Shown one piece after another: positions 11,836 through 23,799 of a stretch of 64,000 bases of DNA (position 1 is its first letter; every line of letters begins with the position of its first letter). The stretch is from the NCBI GenBank assembly GCA_964016885.1, contig OZ024741.1:404550001-404614000 (forward strand), given 5' to 3'. The stretch comes from Eledone cirrhosa. Its lineage: Eukaryota. Both the position numbers and the translations under genes were made by a program. Below the pieces are notes generated by a model, which was not told the origin of the DNA, made no database searches, and worked only from the letters and a program-made list of their open reading frames with translations.

Positions 11836-12619
11836 TATATCTGTCTTCAGGAATTGTGATATTTCTTGTGACAATAACACTACAGAAAACACGTATCAAC
11901 ATGAGTCTAAGATCTCTATGAAATATTTAGTATTAGATTAAAAGTGAAATCTAAATATACTGGAAAATCGATGAAAACTAATTCAATTGAAAATGAAACT
12001 CTAGGATCCCCGAAATGCTGTATTGATCATCAACCCACTACAAAGGTGCTCGTATATTCCCTCCACTCCAGCCAATAACATCAAAAACAAACAATAACAA
12101 TGTAAAAAAGACTAGATTGAGACTCAACTGTAACATAGATCACACTAAAACAGAGAGATAGAAAGGAAAGGAATATAGAATATTTATTGATAAAAGCCAT
12201 GATCGACATTTTTATAGATTCTTTATGGAAGTCAAGAGATGGAGATATCCGTGGTTAAGTGATATTCTCCATTTGCAACATCGATAGGTCAGTCGTGGGG
12301 GGACATTTTGAGGTATTTAATGAAAGGAAGGTTTGGATGATTGCCATTAAACAGTCCTCAGGGAAGGAAGTGCAGCAGAATGTTTTGTTAAGTACTCCAC
12401 TGTTGTCAGAGTCAATTTTATTCAATGGGTTACCTTTATATCAGTGACTACATCTACGCCATTATAAAATATTTCGCCGGTTATAACATCGCTTTTATAT
12501 GACCATGGAGTTCTCTAAGCAAATTGAAATAATTTTCTTCCACAAATGATAATCCGTTGATAATAAATTAAGGACCAACAGGAATGAAACAAATAAAAGG
12601 GGTCAATAGTTCACCAGTA

Positions 12620-12687
<68 letters not shown>

Positions 12688-12857
12688 ATATATATAGGGG
12701 AGGGAGAGAGAAAGAGATAGAAAACGAATAAAGTTTCTTCGACCCCAATTATGTATGTTTTTATGTATTTATGTATGTGAGTAATATATGTATGTGTGTA
12801 TGTATATATGTATCTATGTATATATATATATATGTATGTATGTATATATGTATGTAT

Positions 12858-13461
12858 GGTCACCAGTTGGTGCTACTGGTAACATGTATCCCAGTACAAC
12901 CTGTCTCATGGTCGGGTCGTTGGCGACTAAACTGGCAAGCCCACCAAGGTTTCTTGGTGAGGAGGGTGACTTTGGACATCCTGCAGGACTAAAAACAAAA
13001 CCTGTCAAAGGGCAAAGGAGCTCTTAAGAGTTAATGGCCATCCAAAATCACCGGGAGAGATGACCCCTTAGCCTCTGTCAAGGCAGAATTCTAGGAGAAG
13101 GAAAACTCTGATATAACACCTGCAACCCTGATGGTATCCAATGATGTTGACTTGTTCTTCTTTTTGGTAAATATCATCTTGGTTAAGAGAGTGGGACTGG
13201 CTTTGTGCAGTGCCTTTGCTCACTATAAAAGCTTCACGGCACAGGCATTGCTTTATATCTGGAGATCTCTCTGCACTTCTCGTCACATGGTACCATATGC
13301 CCAGCACTATGTGTCAATAATTGTCACAAGTGTAGTGTTTGTACCAGAGTTTTCAAGTCACTGGCTGGACTAAAAAGTCACACTCGTTCAGCGCATCGGT
13401 AGGGGTTCTCCTACATGGATATAAAGTAGTGGCCGTACTCGAAAACGAGTTGGAAGCCACC
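12858..13461 (+). mobile_element. RTE-derived ~600-bp non-autonomous retroelement, copy 1
   Basis: 5' region has the RTE-like ggagaaggaaaactctga motif. The 3' region encodes a terminal zinc finger CSVCTRVFKSLAGLKSHTRSAHR* and ends in an (ATGT)n tail. Five copies in the window. Confidence 0.75.
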
Positions 13462-13500
13462 ATGTATGTATATATGTATATATGTATGTATATATGTATG

Positions 13501-13726
13501 TTCTTCTGGTTTTATAATTTCACAGATTTTTTCCCAATAGAGAGAGAGTCAGTTTCTAACATAGTTACAAGACTCTCTCATTAGAATTTACACATCAACT
13601 AGGTAGATTATGTATGTATGTCTGCATGTGTAGATATGGATGTTAGTGTATGAGTGGATGTGTATGTTTTGAGTTGTATGTGTGCATGTGTATATGTTTT
13701 GTATCTGTACATGTGTATATGCAGTA
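13501..13726 (-). mobile_element. R4/Dong-type LINE 3'UTR-only insertion
   Basis: Matches the 3' end of the 15028-19084 element (ttcttct.gttttataatttcaca...gactctctc...tgcagt). Confidence 0.8.
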
Positions 13727-13804
13727 ATTATGTATGCATGTATGTATGAATGTATGTACGTAAGTATGTTCGTGTGTATGTATGTATGTACGTATGTATA
13801 TATG

Positions 13805-14411
13805 CCAGGTCTCCAGTTGGTGCTACTGGTAACATGTATCCCAGTACAACCTGTCCCATGGTCGGGTCGTTGGCGACTAAACTGGCAACCCCACCAAGGT
13901 TTCTTGGTGAGGAGGGTGACTTTGGACATCCTGCAGGACTAAAAACAAAACCTGTCAAAGGGCAAAGGAGCTCTTAAGAGTCAATGGCCATCCAAAATCA
14001 CCGGGAGAGATGACTCCTTAGCCTTTGTCAAGGCAGAATTCTAGGAGAAGGAAAACTCTGATATAACACCTGCAACCCTGATGGTATCCAATGATGTTGA
14101 CTTGTTCTTCTTTTTGGTAAATATCATCTTGGTTAAGAGAGTGTGACTGGCTTTGTGCAGTGCCTTTGCTCACTATAAAAGCTTCACAGCACAGGCATTG
14201 CTTTATATCTGGAGATCTCTCTGCACTTGTCGTCACATGGTACCATGGGCCCAGCACTATGTGTCAATAATTGTCGCAAGTGTAGTGTTTGTACCAGAGT
14301 TTTCAAGTTGCTGGCTGGACTAAAAAGTCACACTCGTTCAGCGCATCGGTAGGGGTTCTCCTACATGGATATAAAGTAGTGGCCGTACTCGAAAACGAGT
14401 TGGCAGCCACC
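13805..14411 (+). mobile_element. RTE-derived non-autonomous element, copy 2
   Basis: Near-identical to copy 1. Confidence 0.75.
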
Positions 14412-14449
14412 ATGTATATATGTATGTATGTATGTCTTTATATATGTAT

Positions 14450-14745
14450 GTTTTCTCTTTCTCTTAATTTCGAGTATATTTTTTGACCGGCCACCTTCCT
14501 GGTGGCAAGGTTGTAAAAGAAAAGAAATTGGTCATCCATTGAATCGCAAGAATGTTTTGCAAATTTTGAAGGTGTCAGCTATCGCAGCCATTTGTAGACT
14601 ATGAATTAGGGAGCTGCGTTTTTTGTCCGCAAATCCAAGTTCAGTCATACTTTGCTCCAAGCGGGTTGGTATATAACCCGTAGCACCAATAACGATGGGT
14701 ATGAAGCTAAAGGTGTATCTTGGATACTGGATTTGTCAACTCCTC
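14450..14745 (-). mobile_element. 3' fragment of a second, related R4-type LINE family
   Basis: Minus translation ...YPRYTFSFIPIVIGATGYIPTRLEQSMTELGF...FKICKTFLRFNG* is paralogous to the C-terminus of the main R4 element but has a different 3'UTR. Confidence 0.75.
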
Positions 14746-15027
14746 ATGTATGTATATATGTATCTATGTATGCATATATGTATGTATTTATGAGTATAAG
14801 TATGTATTTATGTATGTAAGTATGATGTTTGTCTGTATGTTTATGTTTGTGTGTGTGTATGTATGTATATGTGTGTGTATAGATGTTATTGTATGTGTGG
14901 ATGTGTATGTTTTGAGTTGTATGTGTGCATGTGTATATGCTTTGTATCTGTACATGTGTATATGCAGTTAATATGTATGTATGTATGTATGTATGTATAC
15001 TTGTGTGTGAGTATGTATGTATGTATG

Positions 15028-18000
15028 TTCTTCTAGTTTTATAATTTCACAAATTTTACCAATAGAGAGAGAGTCGGTTTCTAACATAGACACAAGACTC
15101 TCTCATTGGAATTTACACAACATCAACTAGGTAGATATGTATGCATGCATGCATGTGTAGATATGGATGTTATTGTATGTGTGCATATGTATATGCTTTG
15201 CATCTGTACATGTGTATATGCAGTTATTGGATGCAAAATGTTTGGAATGTTTTACATATTTTTACTGTTCCATTAATGGATTGTACTTGTAATTTCCTAA
15301 ATAGTTGTGTTCTTTCTGTTCCTGTGAAGCCTAGCTTCGCAAGATTTGTATTGAGACAGTTACTAATATACCCCAGTGCCCCAATAATCACAGGCATAAA
15401 TCTGAAGGTGTAATCAGGGTGGAGTATCTGCAGATTTCTCATCAGCTCTGCATAAATATTCTCCTTTTCGCTAATCTTTGATATTATATTGGCATCTGCT
15501 GGGCAGCTAATTTCCACTACTGTGCATGCTTTCTTCTCCCTGTCCCATATCATAATATCTGGTCTGTTATGCCTGCATTTTATTGGGGTTTTTACTGGAA
15601 CATTCCACCAGTACTCTTTCATATTATGTACATGGATGTCTTCCACATTGCTGTAGTTTCAATGTGTTTATTATCGAGGCTATCTTTTTTACGAACTGCA
15701 TTGTACAGTGCTTTGGCCACTACATCATGCCTCATAAGTAGATAGTACCGCGATGACATCTTTGGACAGCTGCTGATGACATGGGTGATATCCTCGATGT
15801 TAGTTCTGCAGAGTCTGCACTTGTTATCACATGTAGGTGTTTTGCCTGCATCCCTATCTCTTTTGTGAATCAGGTATTTCGTGTTAATCTCCTGTTCTTG
15901 GATTGCAAAAGCGTATCCTTTAAAGTGGGAGCCAATATAGCGGTTGTTGGTCCAAGATAGACTACTTTCCTTATCTATATTACTCTCACTCTGGAGCTTC
16001 CTGGCAACATATCCATGCATGATTTTTTGCTGATAGGCATGCAGTTTTTCATCCATGGATTTACTGCGATACTGATGAGCGACTTCCCTGGGTGTGAGTT
16101 TTTTTATTATCACGCAGGCAATGTCTCTCCAGGAGTTCCTTCCCAACTCTCATGATCATATCTGTTTCATGCAGATAGACTTGCTTGAGAAACGGGCTCC
16201 TACGCTTCGAGGTTCGTAGATGTTGTCGGTGAGATATGATGCGACATTCAAATGTTGTCAGGACTGATGTTAGGCCTCTGCCTCCTTGCTTACGTTTCAA
16301 GTAAAGGCGGTCTATGTTACTGTTGATGTGGAAGTTTCCGGTGTTGTTTTAGTATTTTTCGAGTTCCAACATCAACTGCTCGGATTTCGTCTATCGTCCA
16401 ATTGAGTATTCCAAACGTTGGTGTTAGGACAGGCACAGCAAACACATTGTGAGCCTCTGTTTTGTTTTGTGCAGAGAGTTCCGATGACCAGATCTTTCTG
16501 AATCGGGTGTAGTATTCCCTGGTTACACGTTCTTTATTACAGATACCATTATAGGATATGTTCTCATCTATCACCAGGTATCTGTAGCCGTCCTCATCAG
16601 ATAACGGTGAAACAGTTAGACCATTGATGACAATGTTGCTAGATTGGGTTGTTTATTTCCCCGCTTTACAGTCATGTATGAGCATTTATCTTGGACAATC
16701 TCCATTCCTATGTTCTTTGAGAACGTTGTAACCAGGTCAAGATTTTTCTTCATCTCATCCATGTTCTTGGCATAGAATTTCAGATCGTCCACAAAGAAAT
16801 TATGGGTTAGGTTTGTATTTCTGTCCTCCTGTGAGCCAATGATGTATCCCTCACATTTCTTGAGCAGAAAGGCCAAGGGGTTTAATGACAAGATGAATAA
16901 TATCACAGAGAGACTGTCCCCCTGAAATTTACCCCTGCAATATTTTATTTTATCAGTGAAAATAGAGTCATCCTTCTCTGTCTTTAACCTTAGGATAGTA
17001 GCCCAACAAGAAGACAGCCTCTCTATGGCTCTGACAATAATGTCTGGGACTTTAGCAAGTTGGAGGGCCTCTATCATCCAAGAGTGGGGAACAGAATCGA
17101 AAGCTTTCCAGTAGTCCAGCCAGACTGTAGTCATATTCCTCCTAAGTTGTCGCACCTCCAACATCGCAGTTTTGTTGATTAGGAGTTGTTCAGCACATCC
17201 TCAAACCCTTTTTTTTCCAGCTGCTTGTTCATCTGTGATGATGTTATTATTTTCACAGTAATCTTGGAGGAATAGGTTCACGCAGGCTGTATATATCTTA
17301 TACATCAGGTTCTGGCATGCCATGGGTCGGTAGTTTTTGCCAAGTGGGTGTCTTTGTTCTTGGGGACCAGTAACGTTTGTGCTAATTTCTCCCATTCTGG
17401 TATAAGTGTATCTCTCTTAAGAACTTGTTGGTAGAGGTCAGTAAGATACCTCCGATAGAATATCAGTTTTTTGTACCAGTAGCCGACAATCATGTCTCTT
17501 CCTGGTGTTTTCTTATCTTGGAGTTTTCCTATCACAGTCTCAGGGGTACCCTCACTTATTTCGTATGTTTTTGTTGTAGTGTAGGAGCAATAGTTCTTTC
17601 GGATTTCTCTTAGCCACACTGCATCTTGGTTGAAATTCTTCTTTTCACCCCATATTTTGGATGGGGCCTCAGTGACACTTATTATTTTGTTCTTCATATC
17701 TCTATAGACTGATGTTTGGTTTCGTCTGAATCTTTTATTAAGCACTTTCCTCTCATCCACCTCCTTGCAAGTATCGGCGTTTTTCGCATACAGCTCTCAA
17801 TTCTTGTTTGAGGGTGATCAGCTTATATTGAAGAGTTCTGGTTCTACTGTTACCAAACATCGTCTCTATTTTATTTTTCACTCTTTGTTGGTGAGGAGTG
17901 AGTTTTTTTTTGTGTAAGGAGCATTGTCACATATCCTATGTTTTTTCGTAGGTCAGCAATCTTTTTTTCTATTTTAGTTATATATGATGGTATTTTTGGT

Positions 18001-19084
18001 GGTGTTCTGTTCTTGTTAATATCTCTGCTATCACCAAGATAATGCTTCACTATCGTTGCTAAAGCATATAAACAGGCGTTGATTTGTCAAAATGTTGGGG
18101 TTTTCATCCCTCCTAAATATTCATCCCCTATTTCATCAATAACACGTAATATTTCATTATTTGTTTTTCTATTGAACATTGTCGTTTTAACACGTTCAGC
18201 AAGAGAGATATTTATACATGAATTAATTTCTCTCTGGAAGATTTCGTTGAGGGAAATTTTCAATTGTTTATACTTTTGATTATTATCACTATCGATAGTA
18301 TTTTCCACAATAGTCGAGGTAGACTCGGATGGTACACGTGGCGTCAAATTTCTTCGATTATTATTATTATTTCTTCGATTATTATTATTATCGATAGTGT
18401 TTTCCCCAGCATTCGAGGTAGACTTAGATGGTACAGGTGGTGTCAAGTTTCTTACAGGCATAGTTTTTTCAATGTGCTGTTCGACCTGGCTGCTAGGAAG
18501 TCTAGTAGCATGGCGACCTGTAGCACGTGTTGTTGATTCCATGTTTGTTGTGGGGGACTTACAATTAATAATATTTATCTTATTTTTACGTTCAACAAAC
18601 GTCGGTTGTTGGCGTAAATGTTTCGCTGTGAAGTAATTTAGCTCTGGGTGCATTTCGTCCCAGTGTAGCTTCATTCTATTCATATAGCCAATGGAGGGAT
18701 TGTTTTTTGCCATTTTATAACAATTAAATAAAACATTATTAAGTTCGCAACTCCAAGAGAAATGCGATTTATAATTTCGGTCTCTTCTGTAGCTACAACT
18801 GAATAAAGTTTGATAACATTCTTGTTGGTTGTCCTCGGTACTTCCTTAATTTTGTTGTTGTTGTTGTGTTCAGCCATGCTGTTTGTAGCAAATCCTTGTA
18901 AAATGAATTATGTATTTAGTCGGATATCTCTACGAATTCGAATAAAAGGTGTCTTCAGTGGATATAGTTAGAAGAATAACCAGTTATTCAACCTAACTGT
19001 AGTTGCGGCATTACTGTCGGAGATGGTATTCATCTTAAATTTAATAGTCTCTCACGCCAAAATATGCGACTGATCGCGTTGACT
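15028..19084 (-). mobile_element. Near-full-length, frameshifted R4/Dong-clade RLE non-LTR retrotransposon embedded in (TATG)n
   Basis: N-terminus GYMNRMKLHWDEMHP. RT motifs NYRPMAC, WLDYWKAFDSVPH, FQGDSLS and FFVDDLK. CCHC finger CRLC..EDITHVISSC, then RHD and RLE motifs HNRPDIMIWD, VEISCP, KENIY. (CATA)n tail. Confidence 0.92.
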
Positions 19085-19825
19085 GTATGTATATGTATGT
19101 ATATATGTAAATACATATATATATGTATATGTATCTATGTATTTATGTAAGTATGTTTGTGTGTATGTATGTATGTATGTGTGTATGTATGTGTGTATGT
19201 ATGTATGTATGTATGTTTTTATATATGTATGTATGTATGTATCTATGTATGCATATATGTATGTATCTAAGTATGTATTTATGTATGTATGTATGTTTTT
19301 ATATATGTATGTATGTATGTATCTATGTATGCATATATGTATGTATCTAAGTATGATGTTTGTATGTATGTATATTTTGTGTGTGTGTATGTATGTATGT
19401 ATGTATGTATGTATGTATGTATGTATGTATATATATGTATATATGTATGTATGTATATATATATGTATGTATGTATGTATATATATATGTGTGTATATAT
19501 ATGTATGTATGTATATGTATGTATATGTGTGTGTATATATATATGTATGTATATATGTATGTATGTATATGTATATGTATGTATATATATATGTATGTAT
19601 ATGTATATGTGTATGTATATATATATATATGTATGTATGTATATATATATGTATGTATATATATATATATATGGGTATGTATGTATGTATGTATGTATGT
19701 ATGTATGTATGTATGTATGTATATATTTACTCTTTTACCTGTTTCAGCCATCCGGCTGAGGCCATGATGGGGCATGTATGTATGTATGTATATGTGTATG
19801 TATGTATGTATATATATATATATGT
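19085..19825. repeat. (TATG)n/(TA)n compound microsatellite
   Basis: Directly visible. Confidence 0.95.
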
Positions 19826-19827
19826 AT

Positions 19828-19950
19828 GTGAAGGCGTGTGGCTGAGTGGTTAGAGAATTGTATTCGCAATCGTAAGGTTGTGAGTTCGATTCCTGGACCA
19901 GGCGATGCGTTATGTCCTTGAGCAAGACACTTTATTTCACGTTGCTCCTT
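19828..19950 (+). mobile_element. tRNA-derived SINE family A (head)
   Basis: gtgaaggcgtgtggctgagtggttagag...gagttcgattcc...ccttgagcaagacacttt. Confidence 0.8.
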
Positions 19951-20100
19951 CTACCTGGAGTTGCGACCGATAGATAGTATTAGCAATTGGAAAGACCAAC
20001 GGAAACATTGTTCCCTCGGTCCGATTTGACAAAAAGTCGATCGTTCCTTTATTTTATATATGTATGTATATAAATATGTATATATGACATGTATGTATTA

Positions 20101-21000
20101 ATTAAAATAACAGATTAAAGTTTAAGCAAAGAATCGCTGCTTTCACCCTTAACGGGATCTTCTGAAACTAACAAAGTCAATCTGTAAACGCAGAACGTCT
20201 CCGAACCTTCATGTATTTATTTGTAGGTATGTGTGTGCGCTTGTTATATACGTATTTATTTACTTATATACGTTTATATAATTATTTATTTATTTGTACA
20301 CAAGCATACACACATACACATATTTATATGTGCGTGGTTTTGTATACCTATGGTAAGGTTTTGCGTATGCTTGTGTATGTACGTATCTGTTTGCGTGTAT
20401 GTATTTATTTGTTCCTATTACTTCTGTATTGTATTTATTTACTTTGTTCTTAACTCTGTAGCGGAGATTCATTCGGTCTCCTAGTTAGAATTTTAGTCTA
20501 CGACTTCTGCTATACCATTTACGTGGTTTCGTCTTTGCACGCTATTGTTCTCCACGCTCCACATATGACTTATTATCTTCGTTTTTTCGTTCATTGCCAG
20601 AGAACGTCTCTATGCACCACAACATAAGTCCACGACCTCTTTTATACCATAAACGTGGTTCTGTCCTTGCACGTAATTGTTTTTCACCGCTCCTATTAAT
20701 GACGTATTATTCGTTTTTTCCCGTTCTTTGCCAGCGAACGTTACCATGAACCAAAGTATCGTCTTCCTGTCTTCCTCCGGTTGCAACGTTTTTTGAAATA
20801 TCCAGTTCTGCGTTTACAGATTGACTTTGTTAGTTTCAGAAGATCCCGTAAAGGGTGAAAGCAGCGATTCTTTGCTTAAACTTTAATCTGTTATTTTAAT
20901 AAATATTTGCTCTTCGGTTCTTATATATTCGATATATATTTTCCTTATCGAGCCCTCTCTGGATTTTAGTCTTCAATTTTATTATTATTACTATGACATG
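20101..21000 (+). mobile_element. Penelope-like insert with 96-bp inverted repeats containing a hammerhead-like fold
   Basis: 20101-20196 is the reverse complement of 20805-20900, with an internal ~130-bp tandem duplication at ~20500-20750. Confidence 0.55.
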
Positions 21001-21040
21001 TATGTATATATGTATGTATGTATGTATGTATATGTATATA

Positions 21041-21598
21041 TGTCTCATGGTCGGGTCGTTGGCGACTAAACTGGCAACCCCACCAAGGTTTCTTGGTGAG
21101 GTGGGTGACTTTGGACATCCTGCAGGACTAAACACAAAACCTGTCAAAGGGCAAAGGAGCTCTTAAGAGTCAATGGCCATCCAAAATCACCGGGAGAGAT
21201 GACCCCTTAGCCTTTGTCAAGGCAGAATTCTAGGAGAAAGAAAACTCTGATATAACACCTGCAACCCTGATGGTATCCAATGATGTTGACTTGTTCTTCT
21301 TTTTGGTAAATATCATCTTGGTTAAGAGAGTGGGACTGGCTTTGTGCAGTGCCTTTGCTCACTATAAAAGCTTCACGGCACAGGCATTGCTTTATATCTG
21401 GAGATCTCAATACACTTGTCGTCACATGATACCATGGGCCCAGCACTATGTGCCAATAATTGTCACAAGTATAGTGTTTGTACCAGAGTTTTCAAGTCGC
21501 TGGCTGGACTAAAAAGTCACTCGTTCAGCGCATCGGTAGGGGTTCTCCTACATGGATATAAAGTAGTGGCCGTACTCGAAAACGAGTTGGCAGCCACC
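21041..21598 (+). mobile_element. RTE-derived non-autonomous element, copy 3 (slightly 5'-truncated)
   Basis: Near-identical to copy 1 from tgtctcatggtcgg onward. Confidence 0.75.
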
Positions 21599-21671
21599 AT
21601 GTATGTATGTATGTATAACCATACTCGATAGCGAGGGGGCAGCCATCATGTATGTATATATGTATGTATGT

Positions 21672-22287
21672 CAAGTCACCAGTTGGTGCTACTGTTAACA
21701 TGTATTCCAGTACACCCTGTCCCATGATCGGGTCACTGGCGACTAAACTGGCAACCACATCAAGGTTTCTTGGTGAGGAGGGTTACTTTGGATATCCTGC
21801 AGGAATAAAAACAAAACCTGTCAAAGGGCAAAGGAGCTCTTTAGAGTCAATGGCCATCCAAAATCACTGGGAGAGATGACCCCTTAGCCTTTGTCAAGGC
21901 CGAATTCTAGGAGAAGGAAAACTCTGATATAACACCTGCAACCCTGATGGTATCCAATGATGTTGACTTGTTCTTCTTTTTGGTAAATATTATCTTGGTT
22001 AAGAGAGTTGGGACTGGATTTGTGCAGTGCCTTTGCTCACTATAAAAGCTTCACGGCACAGGCATTGCTTATATCTGGAGATCTCTGATCTCTCTGCACT
22101 TGTCGTCACATGGTACCATGGGCCCAGCACTATGTGTCAATAATTGTCACAGGTGTTGTGTTTGTACCAGAGTTTTCAAGTCGCTGGCTGGACTAAAAAG
22201 TCACACTCGTTCAGCGCATTGGTAGGGGTTCTACTACATGGATATAAAGTAGTGGCCGTACTCGAAAACGAGTTGGCAGCCACCACC
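21672..22287 (+). mobile_element. RTE-derived non-autonomous element, copy 4
   Basis: Full-length, slightly more diverged copy with a long pure (ATGT)n tail to 22370. Confidence 0.75.
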
Positions 22288-22322
22288 ATGTATGTATGTA
22301 TGTATGTATGTATGTATGTATG

Positions 22323-22353
<31 letters not shown>

Positions 22354-22371
22354 TGTATGTATGTATGTATG

Positions 22372-23411
22372 TTCTTCTGGTTTTATAATTTCACAAAGAT
22401 TTACCAATAGAGAGAGAGTCGGTTTCTAACATAGACACAAGACTCTCTCATTGGAATTTACACAACATCAACTAGGTAGATTATGTATGCATGCATGTGT
22501 AGATATGGATGTTATTGTATGTGTGGATGTGGATGTTTTGAGTTGTATGCGTGCATGTGTATATGCTTTGTATCTGTACATGTGTATATGCAGTTATTAG
22601 ATGCAACATTTTTGGAATGTTTTACATAATTTTACTGTTCCATTAATGGATTGTACTTGTAATTTCCTAAGTAGTTGTGTTCTTTCTGTTCCTGTGAAGC
22701 CTTGCTTCTCAAGATTTGTATTGAGGCAGTTACTAACATACCCCAGTGCCCCAATAATCACAGGCATAAATCTGAATGGGTAATCAGGGTGGAGTATCTG
22801 CAGATTTCTCATCAGTTCTGCATAAATATTCTCCTTTTCACTAATATTTGATATTATATTGGCATCTGCTGGGCAGCTAATTTCCACTACTGTGCATGCT
22901 TTCTTCTCCCTGTCCCATATCATAATATCTGGTCTGTTATGCCTGCAGTTTATTGGGGTTTTTACTGGAACATTCCACCAGTACTCTTTCATATTATGTA
23001 TATGGATGTCTTCCACATTGTTGTAGCTTTTAATGTGTTTATTATCGAGGCTATATTTTTTACGAACTACATTGTACAGTGTTTTGGCCACTACATCATG
23101 CCTCATAGGTAGATAGTACCGCGATGACATCTTTGGACAGCTGCTGATGACATGAGTGATATCCTCGATGTTAGTTCTGCAGAGTCTGCACTTGTTATCA
23201 CATGTAGGTGTTTTGCCTGCATCCCTATCTCTTTTGTGAATCAGGTATTTCGTGTTAATCTCCTGTTCTTGGATTGCGAAAGCGTATCCTTGAAAGTGGG
23301 AGCCAATATAGCGGTTGTTGGTCCAAGATAGACTACTTTCCTTATCTATATTACTCTCACTCTGGAGCTTCCCGGCAACATATCCATGCATGATTTTTTG
23401 CTGATGTGCCT
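22372..23411 (-). mobile_element. 5'-truncated (~1 kb) copy of the R4/Dong-type LINE
   Basis: Open frame HQQKIMHGYV...CRLC..H...C...RHD...HNRPD...CKTFQKCCI* plus the shared 3'UTR. Confidence 0.9.
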
Positions 23412-23799
23412 GTATGTATGTAAGTATGCATGTATGTATGTACGTGTGTATGTTTGTGTGTATGTATATATGTATATATGTATGTATGTATGCATCTAAG
23501 TATGTATTTATGTTTGTATGAATGTATGTATGTATGTAAGTATGTTTGTATGTATGTATATGTTGTATGTATGTATGTTTGTATGTACGTAATATGTATA
23601 TGTTTGTGTGTATGTATGTAAGTATGTTTGTGTCTATGTATGGCTGTAAGTATGTATATGTGTGTGTGTATGTATGTATGTATATGTTTGTGTCTATGTA
23701 TATGTTTGTATGTGTATTTATATGTACGTACATGTTTGTGTGTATGTATGTATGTGTATGTTTGTGTCTATGTATGTATGTATGTATATGTTTGTATGT

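Noticed and set aside
13068-13307. Recurrent 79-aa minus-strand ORF (MLG.WYHVT...) in several copies
   Set aside because: It is antisense to a young repeat, so its recurrence reflects copy identity. It is disrupted in copy 4 and has no recognisable domain.
19828-19905. tRNA gene
   Set aside because: A and B boxes are present, but there is no complete cloverleaf and it continues into a SINE body found in multiple copies.
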